From a virus, in IMG/VR virus record IMGVR_UViG_3300025949_000001, positions 51,996 to 115,995 of that record: a DNA stretch of 64,000 nucleotides. One strand, given 5' to 3'. Shown here piece after piece: positions 55,327 through 64,000 of the stretch (position 1 is the stretch's first letter; each line of letters starts with the position of its first letter). A program made the translations under genes and the position numbers. The notes beneath the pieces are model-generated. The model made no database searches. It was given only the letters and a program-made list of their open reading frames with translations, and was not told the origin of the DNA.

Positions 55327-56595
55327 TCACCGCCCGTACATGATGAAGTAGCCGCTGTTGGGCGTGTACGACGACGGCGTGAAACTAGGGGGCACAGACA
55401 ACTGGCTGCCTTTGAAGAGGGCGGTGTAGTGGCCGTTGACCACCGGGAAGTTCGCGGTCCCGGTGGTGCCGGTGGCGGCGAAGTGGGGCGAGGTGCCGGA
55501 GAAGTGCGTCAGGAAGCCGAGGTAGTAGCCCGTGCCCGCCGTGACCGTGTGCGAGCCGCCCATGGCTCCCTCCGCCATCCCCGCGGAGGAGAACGCGGCC
55601 GTCATATCGCCGGTCTGGTCGATCAGAACCCCGGCCTCGGTGTACAGCAGGAGAGCGTTCACCCCGGAGCCGACCGCGCCCGCCGCCGTGACCCAGATAC
55701 CCAGGGTGGAGATCGACCTAGTTTTCGGCGGCGTGCACAGGCACAGGACCAGGTCCCCCGCCGTCTGCTGGTAGGTGACCCCGCTCTCGGTGAACCTCGC
55801 GGTGAGCAGCGCGACGCCGAGCATGTCGCACCAGTCGGACGCGACAGCGCCGGTGATCCGCGAGTCGTCGCCGGCCGCAACGGTCCCGGCGGTGGCGCCG
55901 ACGGAGAGGAACGCCGCGCCGCCGAGGGAACTGGTGGCGGCGGCGCCGATCGCCGCCGGCGACAGCGGGTCGGTGCCGCCCGTGGCGTGCGTGGACGCGT
56001 GCGCGGTGGGCGTACGAGCGTTCGTGGTCGTCGCATCGGTGGATGACAGCGCGACGCCCGCGCCGGCTCCGACCGCGCCCACCGTGGGCACTTGGCCGAG
56101 TGCGGCGCCGTCGGTCGGCGCGGTGCCGTCGGCGACGCCCGTGAGCTTGTGGTTGCCCAGTGCGAGCGCCCCGGTCAGCGTGCCGCCGGCCAGTGGCAGG
56201 TAGGTGCTGGCGGCGTTCGCCCCGGCGGCGCTGATGGCCGCTGCCTGGGCTGCCGCTGCCGCGCCCGCCGCGTCGAACGCGGACGTGTTGGCGGTAGCCG
56301 CCGTACCCAGGCCGAGTTGCGTGCGTGCGCCGGGCGCGTCGGCGGCGTTCGTGCCGCCCTGGGCGAGCGGCAACGGCGCGGCCAGGTGGGTGCTGATGAC
56401 GATCGGCGCGCTGTTAGTGCCCCCGAGGTCGGCGGCGATCTGCACGCCCCCGCCGCCGCCCGCGTGCGCGAGCACGAACTGCCGGGTGGCCGCCTCAAGG
56501 TCGAGCAGCGGGTCGCGTTCGAGGATCAGCGGGCCCGTCAGCGTGCCGCCGGACTTGTCCAACTTGCCGGACGCGCTCAGGGAGATGGACACCAC
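55327..56595 (-). CDS. fibre protein
   Basis: LDKSGGTLTG, ARTQLGLG, HASTHATGGTD, TVAAGDDSRI fibre motifs. Confidence 0.7.
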   Translation of the reverse strand: MVSISLSASGKLDKSGGTLTGPLILERDPLLDLEAATRQFVLAHAGGGGGVQIAADLGGTNSAPIVISTHLAAPLPLAQGGTNAADAPGARTQLGLGTAATANTSAFDAAGAAAAAQAAAISAAGANAASTYLPLAGGTLTGALALGNHKLTGVADGTAPTDGAALGQVPTVGAVGAGAGVALSSTDATTTNARTPTAHASTHATGGTDPLSPAAIGAAATSSLGGAAFLSVGATAGTVAAGDDSRITGAVASDWCDMLGVALLTARFTESGVTYQQTAGDLVLCLCTPPKTRSISTLGIWVTAAGAVGSGVNALLLYTEAGVLIDQTGDMTAAFSSAGMAEGAMGGSHTVTAGTGYYLGFLTHFSGTSPHFAATGTTGTANFPVVNGHYTALFKGSQLSVPPSFTPSSYTPNSGYFIMYGR

Positions 56596-56637
56596 GGGCC
56601 GTTCACCTCCTCGCGCCGGGCCGGATGAATGGGTGGG

Positions 56638-57087
56638 TCAGTCGCCGTTTCGGTCCGTCGACTGCTCAGGGGCGGCGGGGGTCGAGGCGCGCGGTTCGAC
56701 GGGCACGGCGAAGCTGAGCGCGGATTTGTCGCCGTCCGCCGCGCCGTACACGAACCGCGCTGGGCCGGTCGGGGCGTAGCCCTGTTCGCGTGCCGCGCGT
56801 GCGACGGCGTCGGGCAACGCCGCGGTCTGCGAATGCTCGGCCAGTTCGTCGGCGCTAAGCAGGTGCAGGTCGGAGAGCCCGAGGTTGAACTGCTTGACGA
56901 ACACGTTTCGTTCGGCGTCGTAGCCCTCTGCGGGCGCGTCCTCGTCCGTCGCCTCGGCGTTCGCCTCCGGCTCGTCCGTCTCCGGCTCTTGCTCCGGCCC
57001 GCCCTGCTTGAGGTCGGCCAGGCGCGCCGACAACGCCGCCACCGGGTTCGGCTCCTGCCGGGCGTCCTGCTCGTCCTGCTCGCTCAC
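56638..57087 (-). CDS. hypothetical head-region protein
   Basis: GAAGGG RBS; acidic. Confidence 0.55.
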   Translation of the reverse strand: MSEQDEQDARQEPNPVAALSARLADLKQGGPEQEPETDEPEANAEATDEDAPAEGYDAERNVFVKQFNLGLSDLHLLSADELAEHSQTAALPDAVARAAREQGYAPTGPARFVYGAADGDKSALSFAVPVEPRASTPAAPEQSTDRNGD

Positions 57088-57156
57088 CGCGCGCTTCCCT
57101 TCATGCCGCGAAACCCGGGCGGCCGTCCCCTTGAACCGCCCGGGTGATCAGGTGCC

Positions 57157-57612
57157 TTACGCAGGCTTAACCAGGTGGTTCCAGTTCGTGCCGTCCGAGT
57201 ACCAGGCGCTGGAGGAGTGCGCGGTGGTGGTCGTGGCCGCGACGGGAGTGCCCTGCGCAGTGCCGTCGATGGTGCCGCCGCCCGTCGGGGTGACGATCGA
57301 GAGCAGGTTGCCGGTGGTCGAGGAGCCGTTCTCGTCCGCGACGAGGATGACCGTGCCCGCCGGGACGCTGTTCGCGGCGGGGATCGTGACCACGACGCCG
57401 CCGGAGCGGATCGCCGCGTTGCTGAAGATCACGCTGGTGTTCGCTGGCGCGGTCGCCGTAGCCGCCGCGGCGACGCCGAAGCGCCCGCCCGCGCCGCCGA
57501 TCGCGAGCCCGTACTGGGCGACGAACTGCCCGGTGGCGGCGACGTAGTCGTCGACGTTGCCGAACTGGTCCTTGATCTCGCTGCGGTCGCCCGCGCCGCC
57601 TGCTGTAGGCAT
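57157..57612 (-). CDS. putative head decoration protein
   Basis: Follows capsid; TIDG..YSDGTNW. Confidence 0.55.
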   Translation of the reverse strand: MPTAGGAGDRSEIKDQFGNVDDYVAATGQFVAQYGLAIGGAGGRFGVAAAATATAPANTSVIFSNAAIRSGGVVVTIPAANSVPAGTVILVADENGSSTTGNLLSIVTPTGGGTIDGTAQGTPVAATTTTAHSSSAWYSDGTNWNHLVKPA

Positions 57613-57648
57613 GGCCGTTGTCCTTTCGGTGCTCTGCCGGGTGCCGGA

Positions 57649-58674
57649 TCAGCGGCTGGTGTCGACGAGGATGGAGAACGCCTGCTCGACGGCCGGCGCG
57701 AACGCACGCCGGGCGCGGCCCTTGAGCACGGCCTCGTCGGTCAGGGAGATGTTCGGGGGGATGACCTGGAACTCGGGCGTACCCGCCGGGTTCGTCGGAT
57801 TTGTCGTCCTCTTGCCGAGCAACATGTACAGCGGGTTGCAGAACACCATCAGCGGGTGGCCGGTCGGCTTCGCCGTCGGTGTCGCGTTCAGCCGCGCACC
57901 GAGCGACCAGCGCACCGGGTAGCCGAAGATCATCGCCGGGGTGCGGCCCTGCCCTCCGCCCGGGAAACCGCCGCTGGACTCCTGGAAGATCGGCCGCTGC
58001 TGGCCGTCGAGCACTCCGCGCAGCGACTGCTTGAAGTCCGGGTGCGCGATGGCGATCGTCTCGCCCTCGTCGAAGTAGTCTCCGGCCTCGTACAGGCCCA
58101 GCGACGTGTTGTACTCCGCGTAGGACGGGGCTGCGGCCGAGGTGGTGATGTTCGCGTTCGCCGTGTAGCTGGTGTTCGTGTCGTTCTGCGTCAGCAGGTA
58201 GTACAGGCTGTCGAACGCCATGCCCGTGGTGGCCCTGGCCGCGGTCACCCCGAAGCAGGAGTTGTCCAGCTTCTTCGCGTACGCAGTGCCCCAGGCGTTC
58301 TGCTTGCTGTTGATGATGTTCGCCAGCGAGTCGTTCAAGTCCTCTTCCGCGAGGCGGTAGGCCCTCGTGAACTTCTGCGCGGTCAAGGTCACCTGGTCGT
58401 TGGCGTTGGTGTCCTCGTTGTACGAACCGCCCTTGGCCGTGTGGTCGATGTCCGACCCGGTGTCGCGCGGTGTGCTGCGGCTGTTGGTGCTCATCAGCAC
58501 CTCTTGCGCGTACGCCTCGACGACCGAGGTCTGCTTGACCTTCTGGATCACGTCGGCGGCGTACTCGACCGGGACCCACGCGTCGAAGTTGTCCGTCGCG
58601 CCGCCCATGATCAACGTGATGGGCTGGCCGTTGCTGCGGTAGCCCAGCACTGCGCCGGGCGTGGGGATGCGCAT
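57649..58674 (-). CDS. major capsid protein (HK97 fold)
   Basis: WVPVEYAADVIQ..LTAQKF..EEDLNDS..AKKLDN..DGQQRPIF..IFGYPV. Confidence 0.88.
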   Translation of the reverse strand: MRIPTPGAVLGYRSNGQPITLIMGGATDNFDAWVPVEYAADVIQKVKQTSVVEAYAQEVLMSTNSRSTPRDTGSDIDHTAKGGSYNEDTNANDQVTLTAQKFTRAYRLAEEDLNDSLANIINSKQNAWGTAYAKKLDNSCFGVTAARATTGMAFDSLYYLLTQNDTNTSYTANANITTSAAAPSYAEYNTSLGLYEAGDYFDEGETIAIAHPDFKQSLRGVLDGQQRPIFQESSGGFPGGGQGRTPAMIFGYPVRWSLGARLNATPTAKPTGHPLMVFCNPLYMLLGKRTTNPTNPAGTPEFQVIPPNISLTDEAVLKGRARRAFAPAVEQAFSILVDTSR

Positions 58675-58950
58675 CAGGGATCGCTTTCCGCGGTGCCCCG
58701 ATGTGGTCAGGGGCGTGGGCCGCTACAGGAATACCGGCGCGCAGCGAGTGAAGGCGCGGGAGTGTCCCGGCCTGCTGGCCTTGCGTCTGGGTTTGCTGTG
58801 CGGCGCTGCCGCGAAACGTGCGATGCCCACTGGGCTGAAACGTGCTACGTGCTTGCCGGGAACCGGCGCGGAGCGACCGCGCGATTCCAGCGCTGGCACC
58901 AGTTTGCGCCTCGCAGCCTGCGCGTGGCAAGCCGCGAGGCGCATATCAAC

Positions 58951-59805
58951 TCACTCCTCGCTCTTGCCGAGCAGCCGATTCGCCAGGATCTCGGCCGTAG
59001 TCGGAGCCTTCGGTGCTTCACCGCCGCGCCCCGCCGCGCCCCTTCCCGCTACCGCCGGGGCCGCGCGCAGCACCCGCGCACCCGCCGCAGTCCCGTTGGG
59101 CGGTGCGACGGCAGGCGCTACCGCGGCGGCCGGCTGGGCGAACAGTTGCGGCACGGTCTCCTTCAGTTCGGCGATCTGCTCGTCCAGTCCGGCGATCTCC
59201 CCCGCGCCGCGCCGCTCCAGCGCGTCCAAGTCGATCAGCCGCACGGCTTTGGCGACTGCGCTCTTCGGGACGCCCGCCTCGGCCAGCGCCGCGCGGGCGC
59301 CGAGCAGTAGCCCGTCCCTGCGGGTCTCCTCCAACTGGGCCGACAGTTCGGCGAGGCGCGTGTCGGCTTCGGACGGCTCGGCCGCCTCGACGGCCTTCTT
59401 CGCCGCCGGCTTGGGACCTGGCTTTCCAGTGGAGCTGTCGCTGAGCGCTTCGAGCAGCTTGCGGGATTTGACGCGCTCTGCCGCGGCTTCCCGTGAATGA
59501 CGCTGCACCTTCTCGCGCCACTCCTCCCGTTCGGCCTCGATCGCCGCGTCCCGTTCGGCGCGCTCCTTCTGGGCCGCGTTGTACTTCTCGATGACATCCT
59601 TGAAGTTCTTCTCCGAGAACTCGAGCTCATCGTCACTGTCGGCCGGATCCGGCTCGCCAGCGCCTGTACCGCCGGGCGCAGGATCTGCGGGCGCCGCCGC
59701 AGGATCGGCCGCGGGCGCCGGGTCTTCCGCACCGCCGCCGATCAGGAGCACCGGGCGCCCGTCCGCCCGGTAGCCCAGCGCGGCCCTGTCCAGCACATCA
59801 ATCAT
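58951..59805 (-). CDS. capsid scaffolding protein
   Basis: Acidic/Pro N-terminus, coiled coils, LKETVPQLF; upstream of capsid. Confidence 0.8.
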   Translation of the reverse strand: MIDVLDRAALGYRADGRPVLLIGGGAEDPAPAADPAAAPADPAPGGTGAGEPDPADSDDELEFSEKNFKDVIEKYNAAQKERAERDAAIEAEREEWREKVQRHSREAAAERVKSRKLLEALSDSSTGKPGPKPAAKKAVEAAEPSEADTRLAELSAQLEETRRDGLLLGARAALAEAGVPKSAVAKAVRLIDLDALERRGAGEIAGLDEQIAELKETVPQLFAQPAAAVAPAVAPPNGTAAGARVLRAAPAVAGRGAAGRGGEAPKAPTTAEILANRLLGKSEE

Positions 59806-59818
59806 GGGGGACTTCTCT

Positions 59819-60859
59819 CTATCTCGAACCGGTTGTGATCGTTGTGTGCGTGCGGAATTGCCCTGCCGCGATCCGCCGCCGGGCCCGCTGCTCGACGCTC
59901 TTCGGCAAACCCGCGCCGCCGCGACGGGCGAGCAGGGCTTGCGCCGCGCGCTGCCGTGCGGCCTGCGACTCGGACGGCAGCGCGATCCCGAGCACGACCG
60001 AACGGCGCGCCTCGCGCTGCAGCACGTTCGTCAGCGAATCGAGACCGAGGCCGGACACGCGCGGATCGCTGCGGCGCACCAGGCGCCCGCGACACCGGCA
60101 GTGGTTGTGGACCAGCAGCGTGACGCCCTCGCGGTCACCGGGCGCCAGCCACGGGCCGAGGATCAGCGGCTTGAACACGAAATCCGGCGGATCCGCGATC
60201 GCGCCCTGCAGGGACGTGCATCTAAGGCACGCCGAGCGTTCGCCTTGCAGGATCTGCGACCATCCGTCGGCGAGGGCCACCTGGTTCATGCCGGAGCGGG
60301 CCGCGTCGTGCACGAGCCCGGACGCGGCCTGGTCGGTGTGCGTCACGGCGCGGCTGGCGAGTGCGAACGCTTTGACCACATCGCCTCGGTCGCGCGCCAC
60401 CGAGATCAGCGCGTTCGCGTCGGCCAGGAAACCCTGCTGCCTGCTGCGCGCCGCGGCCAGTTGCCCGAGCATCCGGGCGTCGAGGATCAACTCGCCGCGA
60501 CCCAGAGGGGCGGCCCCGGACTCGATCACGGCCTGGTGTGCGCCGAGCCGCAGCGCGTCCTCCAGCTGCGGCACGATCCGCCCAGGGTCCGGCAGCGACG
60601 CGCCCACCCGGTCGATCTCGGCCGCGAACCATTCCCGGAACTCCACCAGCGCCCGGATCGACCCGGTCGCGGCCTTGGCGGTGAACCGGGCCAGGGCGAG
60701 CGCGAGCAACGCTTTCAACAACTCGTGCGCGCGGCCGGTCAGCGCCGCCGCAGCAGTGCCGGCGAGCGCCGCGACCTGGTCGGCGTGCTCCCAGGACTGC
60801 TGCGTCTGCGCCGAGAGCGGCTGCTGCTGCGCCGGGGTGTCGAGAGCGGCTGCGGTCAC
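59819..60859 (-). CDS. MuF-like minor head protein
   Basis: ACLRC..HNHCRC; between portal and scaffold. Confidence 0.7.
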   Translation of the reverse strand: MTAAALDTPAQQQPLSAQTQQSWEHADQVAALAGTAAAALTGRAHELLKALLALALARFTAKAATGSIRALVEFREWFAAEIDRVGASLPDPGRIVPQLEDALRLGAHQAVIESGAAPLGRGELILDARMLGQLAAARSRQQGFLADANALISVARDRGDVVKAFALASRAVTHTDQAASGLVHDAARSGMNQVALADGWSQILQGERSACLRCTSLQGAIADPPDFVFKPLILGPWLAPGDREGVTLLVHNHCRCRGRLVRRSDPRVSGLGLDSLTNVLQREARRSVVLGIALPSESQAARQRAAQALLARRGGAGLPKSVEQRARRRIAAGQFRTHTTITTGSR

Positions 60860-62490
60860 GGCTCGCCGCCGTCGCCCGCGGTCTCCACGCCGTCATCGCT
60901 GGCGATCGAGCCCTCATCGCCATCCGGTTCGATCGCGGAACGGTCGCGCTTACCGAATGACGCGGGCCCGGCCGGTGCGAACTCCAGCATCTGCGCAAGC
61001 AGCGCCTGCACATCCGCCTTGTCGAACACCCCGAGTTCCATCGCGACAGCCCAACCCTGCGCCGCCTGCCCGATCGCGTTGAGGGTCTCGATCTGCTGCG
61101 CGAGGGTCTGCGCGCCCTCCTCCAGCCACTCGTCGACCTGCTCCTCGCTGTAGCCCGCTTCGAGCAGCAGTTGTTTCGCGGGGACGCCGAGCTTGTTCTT
61201 GATGTCGGCGGTCTGCCAGGTCTGCATGTCCGAGACGGACGAGCAGGGGTTCCAGTGCACGGAGATCTGCGGGTCGCCGATGTTCATCGCCACGTAGATC
61301 GCGAAGTCGATAGCGTCGCGCCACGCCCCGCCGAACAGCAACTGGCGGGTTTCGCACTTCTCCACGAACGGCGCCTCCATCGTCCTCAACGACTCGCCCG
61401 AGGGGGTCTGGCCGATCGTGTCGAAATAGTGCGCGGGCGTGGTGGTGATCTGCGCCATGGCCTTGACGTAAAACGTCATCGGCGCGATGAACACGCTCGG
61501 GTCCGAGGGCGCGAACTCGCCCAAACCCTTGATGCCGGACAGCAGCCACAGCGACCCGGCCTCGCTGCGCAGTTGCGCGCGACCGTCGTCGGCGTTCGTC
61601 GTAGCGCCGGTGTCGATCGAGTACGCGGTCTCGTCCTCGTCGCCGACCGCGAAATCGTTGCTGGTGGTGCCCTCTTCGAGTAGCGCATAGCGCTGCGGCA
61701 GGGCGTGGTAGTCGATCCCGGCGGCGTGGCCCATCGCCAGCTTGTGCACCAGGTTCTGCGGGCCGTAGGCGTTGAGGTGCTCCGGCTGCCCGTACTGGAA
61801 GTCCGTGCGCAAATGGAAGACCGGGACCTGCCCGAACGGGTTCTCCAGCGGCCACTGCCCGTCGTCGGCCGAGTCGTGGAACCGTTGCCAGTCGCCGCGC
61901 AGCGAGCCTTTCTTGCCGGGCGTCGTGGCGTACTTCTCGATCCGGTCCGCGTAGTACAGGATCGCCTTCTTCACCGGGCCGTCGGTCCAGCGTTTGATCG
62001 CGTACCGCTTCTCGATCTCGTTCTCGGCGTCGTATATCAGCCGCATCACGCGCGGGTTGTTCAGGTACACCCGCACCCCGGACGGCAGCGTCTCATCCGG
62101 CCACACCAGCAGATAGCTGTCCCCGAATTCGCAGGCCCGCCGGAAAGACAGGATCTCGAACAGGTCGAGTTGGTTGTCCTTCCAGATCTGCGCGATCCGC
62201 TCCTGCACGCCCTCGACGGGCGAGGTGATCGCGTTGATGCGCAGCCTGCTGACGACTGCGTCCACGGGGGTCTTGGCGAAGTTCAACCGGAAGTCCACAC
62301 CGGTCCTGGCCAGTGCGGCGCGCAAGCGGGGGGAGGCGAACACTTCCGGGAACGAGCCCTCGTAGTAGACCTGCGCCTTCCTGTAGGCGCGGTCCGCTTT
62401 GTCCATGGCCCGCAGACCCTCGTCGAGGTCGTCGACGGTCTGGTCCGGGTCGGCGCTGCCCAGCGCTGGGGGCCATCCCGTGACCGTCAT
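60856..62490 (-). CDS. portal protein (SPP1 gp6-like)
   Basis: YYEG..NFAKTPVD..NPFGQVPVFH..PSGESL; GGAG RBS before ATG 62490. Confidence 0.9.
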   Translation of the reverse strand: MTVTGWPPALGSADPDQTVDDLDEGLRAMDKADRAYRKAQVYYEGSFPEVFASPRLRAALARTGVDFRLNFAKTPVDAVVSRLRINAITSPVEGVQERIAQIWKDNQLDLFEILSFRRACEFGDSYLLVWPDETLPSGVRVYLNNPRVMRLIYDAENEIEKRYAIKRWTDGPVKKAILYYADRIEKYATTPGKKGSLRGDWQRFHDSADDGQWPLENPFGQVPVFHLRTDFQYGQPEHLNAYGPQNLVHKLAMGHAAGIDYHALPQRYALLEEGTTSNDFAVGDEDETAYSIDTGATTNADDGRAQLRSEAGSLWLLSGIKGLGEFAPSDPSVFIAPMTFYVKAMAQITTTPAHYFDTIGQTPSGESLRTMEAPFVEKCETRQLLFGGAWRDAIDFAIYVAMNIGDPQISVHWNPCSSVSDMQTWQTADIKNKLGVPAKQLLLEAGYSEEQVDEWLEEGAQTLAQQIETLNAIGQAAQGWAVAMELGVFDKADVQALLAQMLEFAPAGPASFGKRDRSAIEPDGDEGSIASDDGVETAGDGGEP

Positions 62491-62765
62491 TGGATCTCCA
62501 ACCGCTGGGCCGTCGCCTGGGCATCGCGGGACGCCAACTGCTGAGGCCTCCTCACTATCCAGTGATGATAGTAAGGGTTTGCCTGCCCCAGGCGTAGCTG
62601 CGTTGACTACGCCGACCAGCGGAAACGCGACAGGGACGCCGTCAATGGCGTCACATGTGTCCACGAGGTGCCATACGGACACTTGCCCATGGCGCGCCAT
62701 CCGGCCGGAACGTGGCCCTCCGTGCGCTTTGACGCCGCATGACGTCTCGCGGGAACCTCGCGACC

Positions 62766-62966
62766 ATGGACCGTGAGGATGTCGCCCCCGAAACCCCCGA
62801 GCTGCTCACGGCCAAGGAGTTCGGGCGTAGGGCGCGCGTCAGCAAGCGCACCGTGATCCGCTGGCGCAACGCCGGCGTCGGGCCCACACCGATCAGGATC
62901 GGCCCGCGCGCGATCCGCTACCGGGCGAGCGAGGTGGCCGAGTTCCTCGGCCTGCGCGCCGATTAA
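62766..62966 (+). CDS. AlpA/excisionase-like HTH protein
   Basis: LLTAKEF..VSKRTVIRWR..GPTPIRIG..IRYR..V. Confidence 0.8.
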   Translation: MDREDVAPETPELLTAKEFGRRARVSKRTVIRWRNAGVGPTPIRIGPRAIRYRASEVAEFLGLRAD

Positions 62967-62996
62967 TCGCTCGCTGGCGGCCTGCGCGCCACGCGA

Positions 62997-64000
62997 TCAG
63001 GCGTAGCCGACCGACGTGCCGCCCCCGCGCTTGCGCTGCGCCGGACGGTCCAGGAACCACTCCACCCCCGTGCCCACCGTGTCCACCAGGTCGTCGTGCG
63101 CGCCGCGCGGGAACACCACCATGTTCTGCTCCAACGCGCGCAGCGGGCGCTCATGGAAGCACCGGCCGCCGCGCTGATACTTGTCCAGCAGCCTGGCCGC
63201 CCTCACTTCCTTGTGCTCGGAATGCCACACCGTCTCGATCGGCAGCCCCAGGTCCCCCAGCAGCGCCAGCCACACCTCGCCGCCCTGATTACTCTCGATC
63301 ACCAGGCCGCGGATCTGCGGATACTGCGCCACCACACGCACCACGAGTTGACGCAGCGCCTGCCCCGGCTGCACCCGCACCGCCCATGCGTCGCGCACCG
63401 CGCACCGCCGCGTCACCGCCGAGAACCCGATCACCGCGAGCGCGGTGAAGTCGGAAGTCTTCTTCGTGGTGACCGCCGGGTCGATCGCGAGCAACTGGTG
63501 GGTGATGGACGCGATTGTCTGCGCCTGCAACTCGGCGCTGACCCGGTTCGTGCCGAAATCCTCCGGCGTCCAATACGTACCCGCCGCGCCCAAGGGGTCG
63601 TTGGCGAAGTTCTTCAGGTAGTCCCGCGTGTTCTCGATCTCTTCGAGGAACGCGAGCGGCCACTTCGCTGGCCAGATCGAGCGGCGACCGGTATCGCCCG
63701 AGTGTTCGTCGAACCATTCGACGATCGGCGCGTAGTAGTGCACGCGGACCGCCTGCTCCCGGATCCACGCCGAATCCGGGGTTTCCTCCGCGTCCGGATA
63801 GCGTTCCGACTCCACGAGTTGGTGGATGATCGAGCCGGGCATCACGACCGTGCCGACCAGCACCACGCGCGCCCGCAGGTTCAGCGGCAGGATCGCGTCG
63901 ATGATCGAACGCAGCCGCTTGCCCACCTGCTCGGTGGAGTAGTTCGACTCGTCCGGCTCCACATCGTCAAGTAAGAGCATCGTCGGCCTTTGATCTTTCA
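62997..64000 (-). CDS. terL: terminase large subunit (C-terminal part)
   Basis: LLLDDVE Walker B; VGT; AIDPA..SDFTA; ESNQGG; FPRGAHDDLVD. Confidence 0.9.
   Translation of the reverse strand, partial: KDQRPTMLLLDDVEPDESNYSTEQVGKRLRSIIDAILPLNLRARVVLVGTVVMPGSIIHQLVESERYPDAEETPDSAWIREQAVRVHYYAPIVEWFDEHSGDTGRRSIWPAKWPLAFLEEIENTRDYLKNFANDPLGAAGTYWTPEDFGTNRVSAELQAQTIASITHQLLAIDPAVTTKKTSDFTALAVIGFSAVTRRCAVRDAWAVRVQPGQALRQLVVRVVAQYPQIRGLVIESNQGGEVWLALLGDLGLPIETVWHSEHKEVRAARLLDKYQRGGRCFHERPLRALEQNMVVFPRGAHDDLVDTVGTGVEWFLDRPAQRKRGGGTSVGYA

Noticed and set aside
62491-62700. 70-aa N-terminal extension of the portal in the ORF track
   Set aside because: Atypical codons; a better RBS precedes ATG 62490.
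1-64000. CRISPR array, DGR/retron reverse transcriptase, integrase
   Set aside because: No repeat-spacer array, RT motif or integrase-like ORF recognised by eye; the only serine recombinase is IS607 TnpA.

Overview
High-GC (actinomycete-type) temperate siphovirus/prophage segment. Right half (about 32.7-64 kb, mostly minus strand) is a near-complete virion and lysis operon: terminase large subunit (partial), portal, MuF-like protein, scaffold, major capsid, head decoration/fibre genes, head-tail joining, major tail, frameshifted tail chaperones, tape measure, Dit/Tal/minor tail, amidase endolysin and holin-like genes, with an inverted accessory cassette (DUF6527-like, JAB peptidase). Left half holds an RNA-repair-like cassette, a replication initiator with iteron-like repeats, an AICE/pSAM2-like module (two KorSA-like GntR regulators, NUDIX pair, P-loop ATPase, DUF2637, TraB/FtsK), many small genes, an IS607 and two tRNA-like RNAs with hugely expanded anticodon arms. 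The main finding is a repeated architecture. Three nucleases (GIY-YIG, a transposase-less TnpB, an HNH) each sit at the 3' end of a host gene, supply a recoded replacement C-terminus, and leave the displaced original 3' end on the far side. For TnpB the displaced end begins where the omegaRNA guide is expected, which suggests an RNA-guided, intronless homing endonuclease. An orphan FxSxx-COOH RiPP-type precursor and a shared GG-ending leader on scaffold and capsid are also notable. No integrase, att site or CRISPR array was recognised. Family assignments come from motif recognition by eye, not from database searches.
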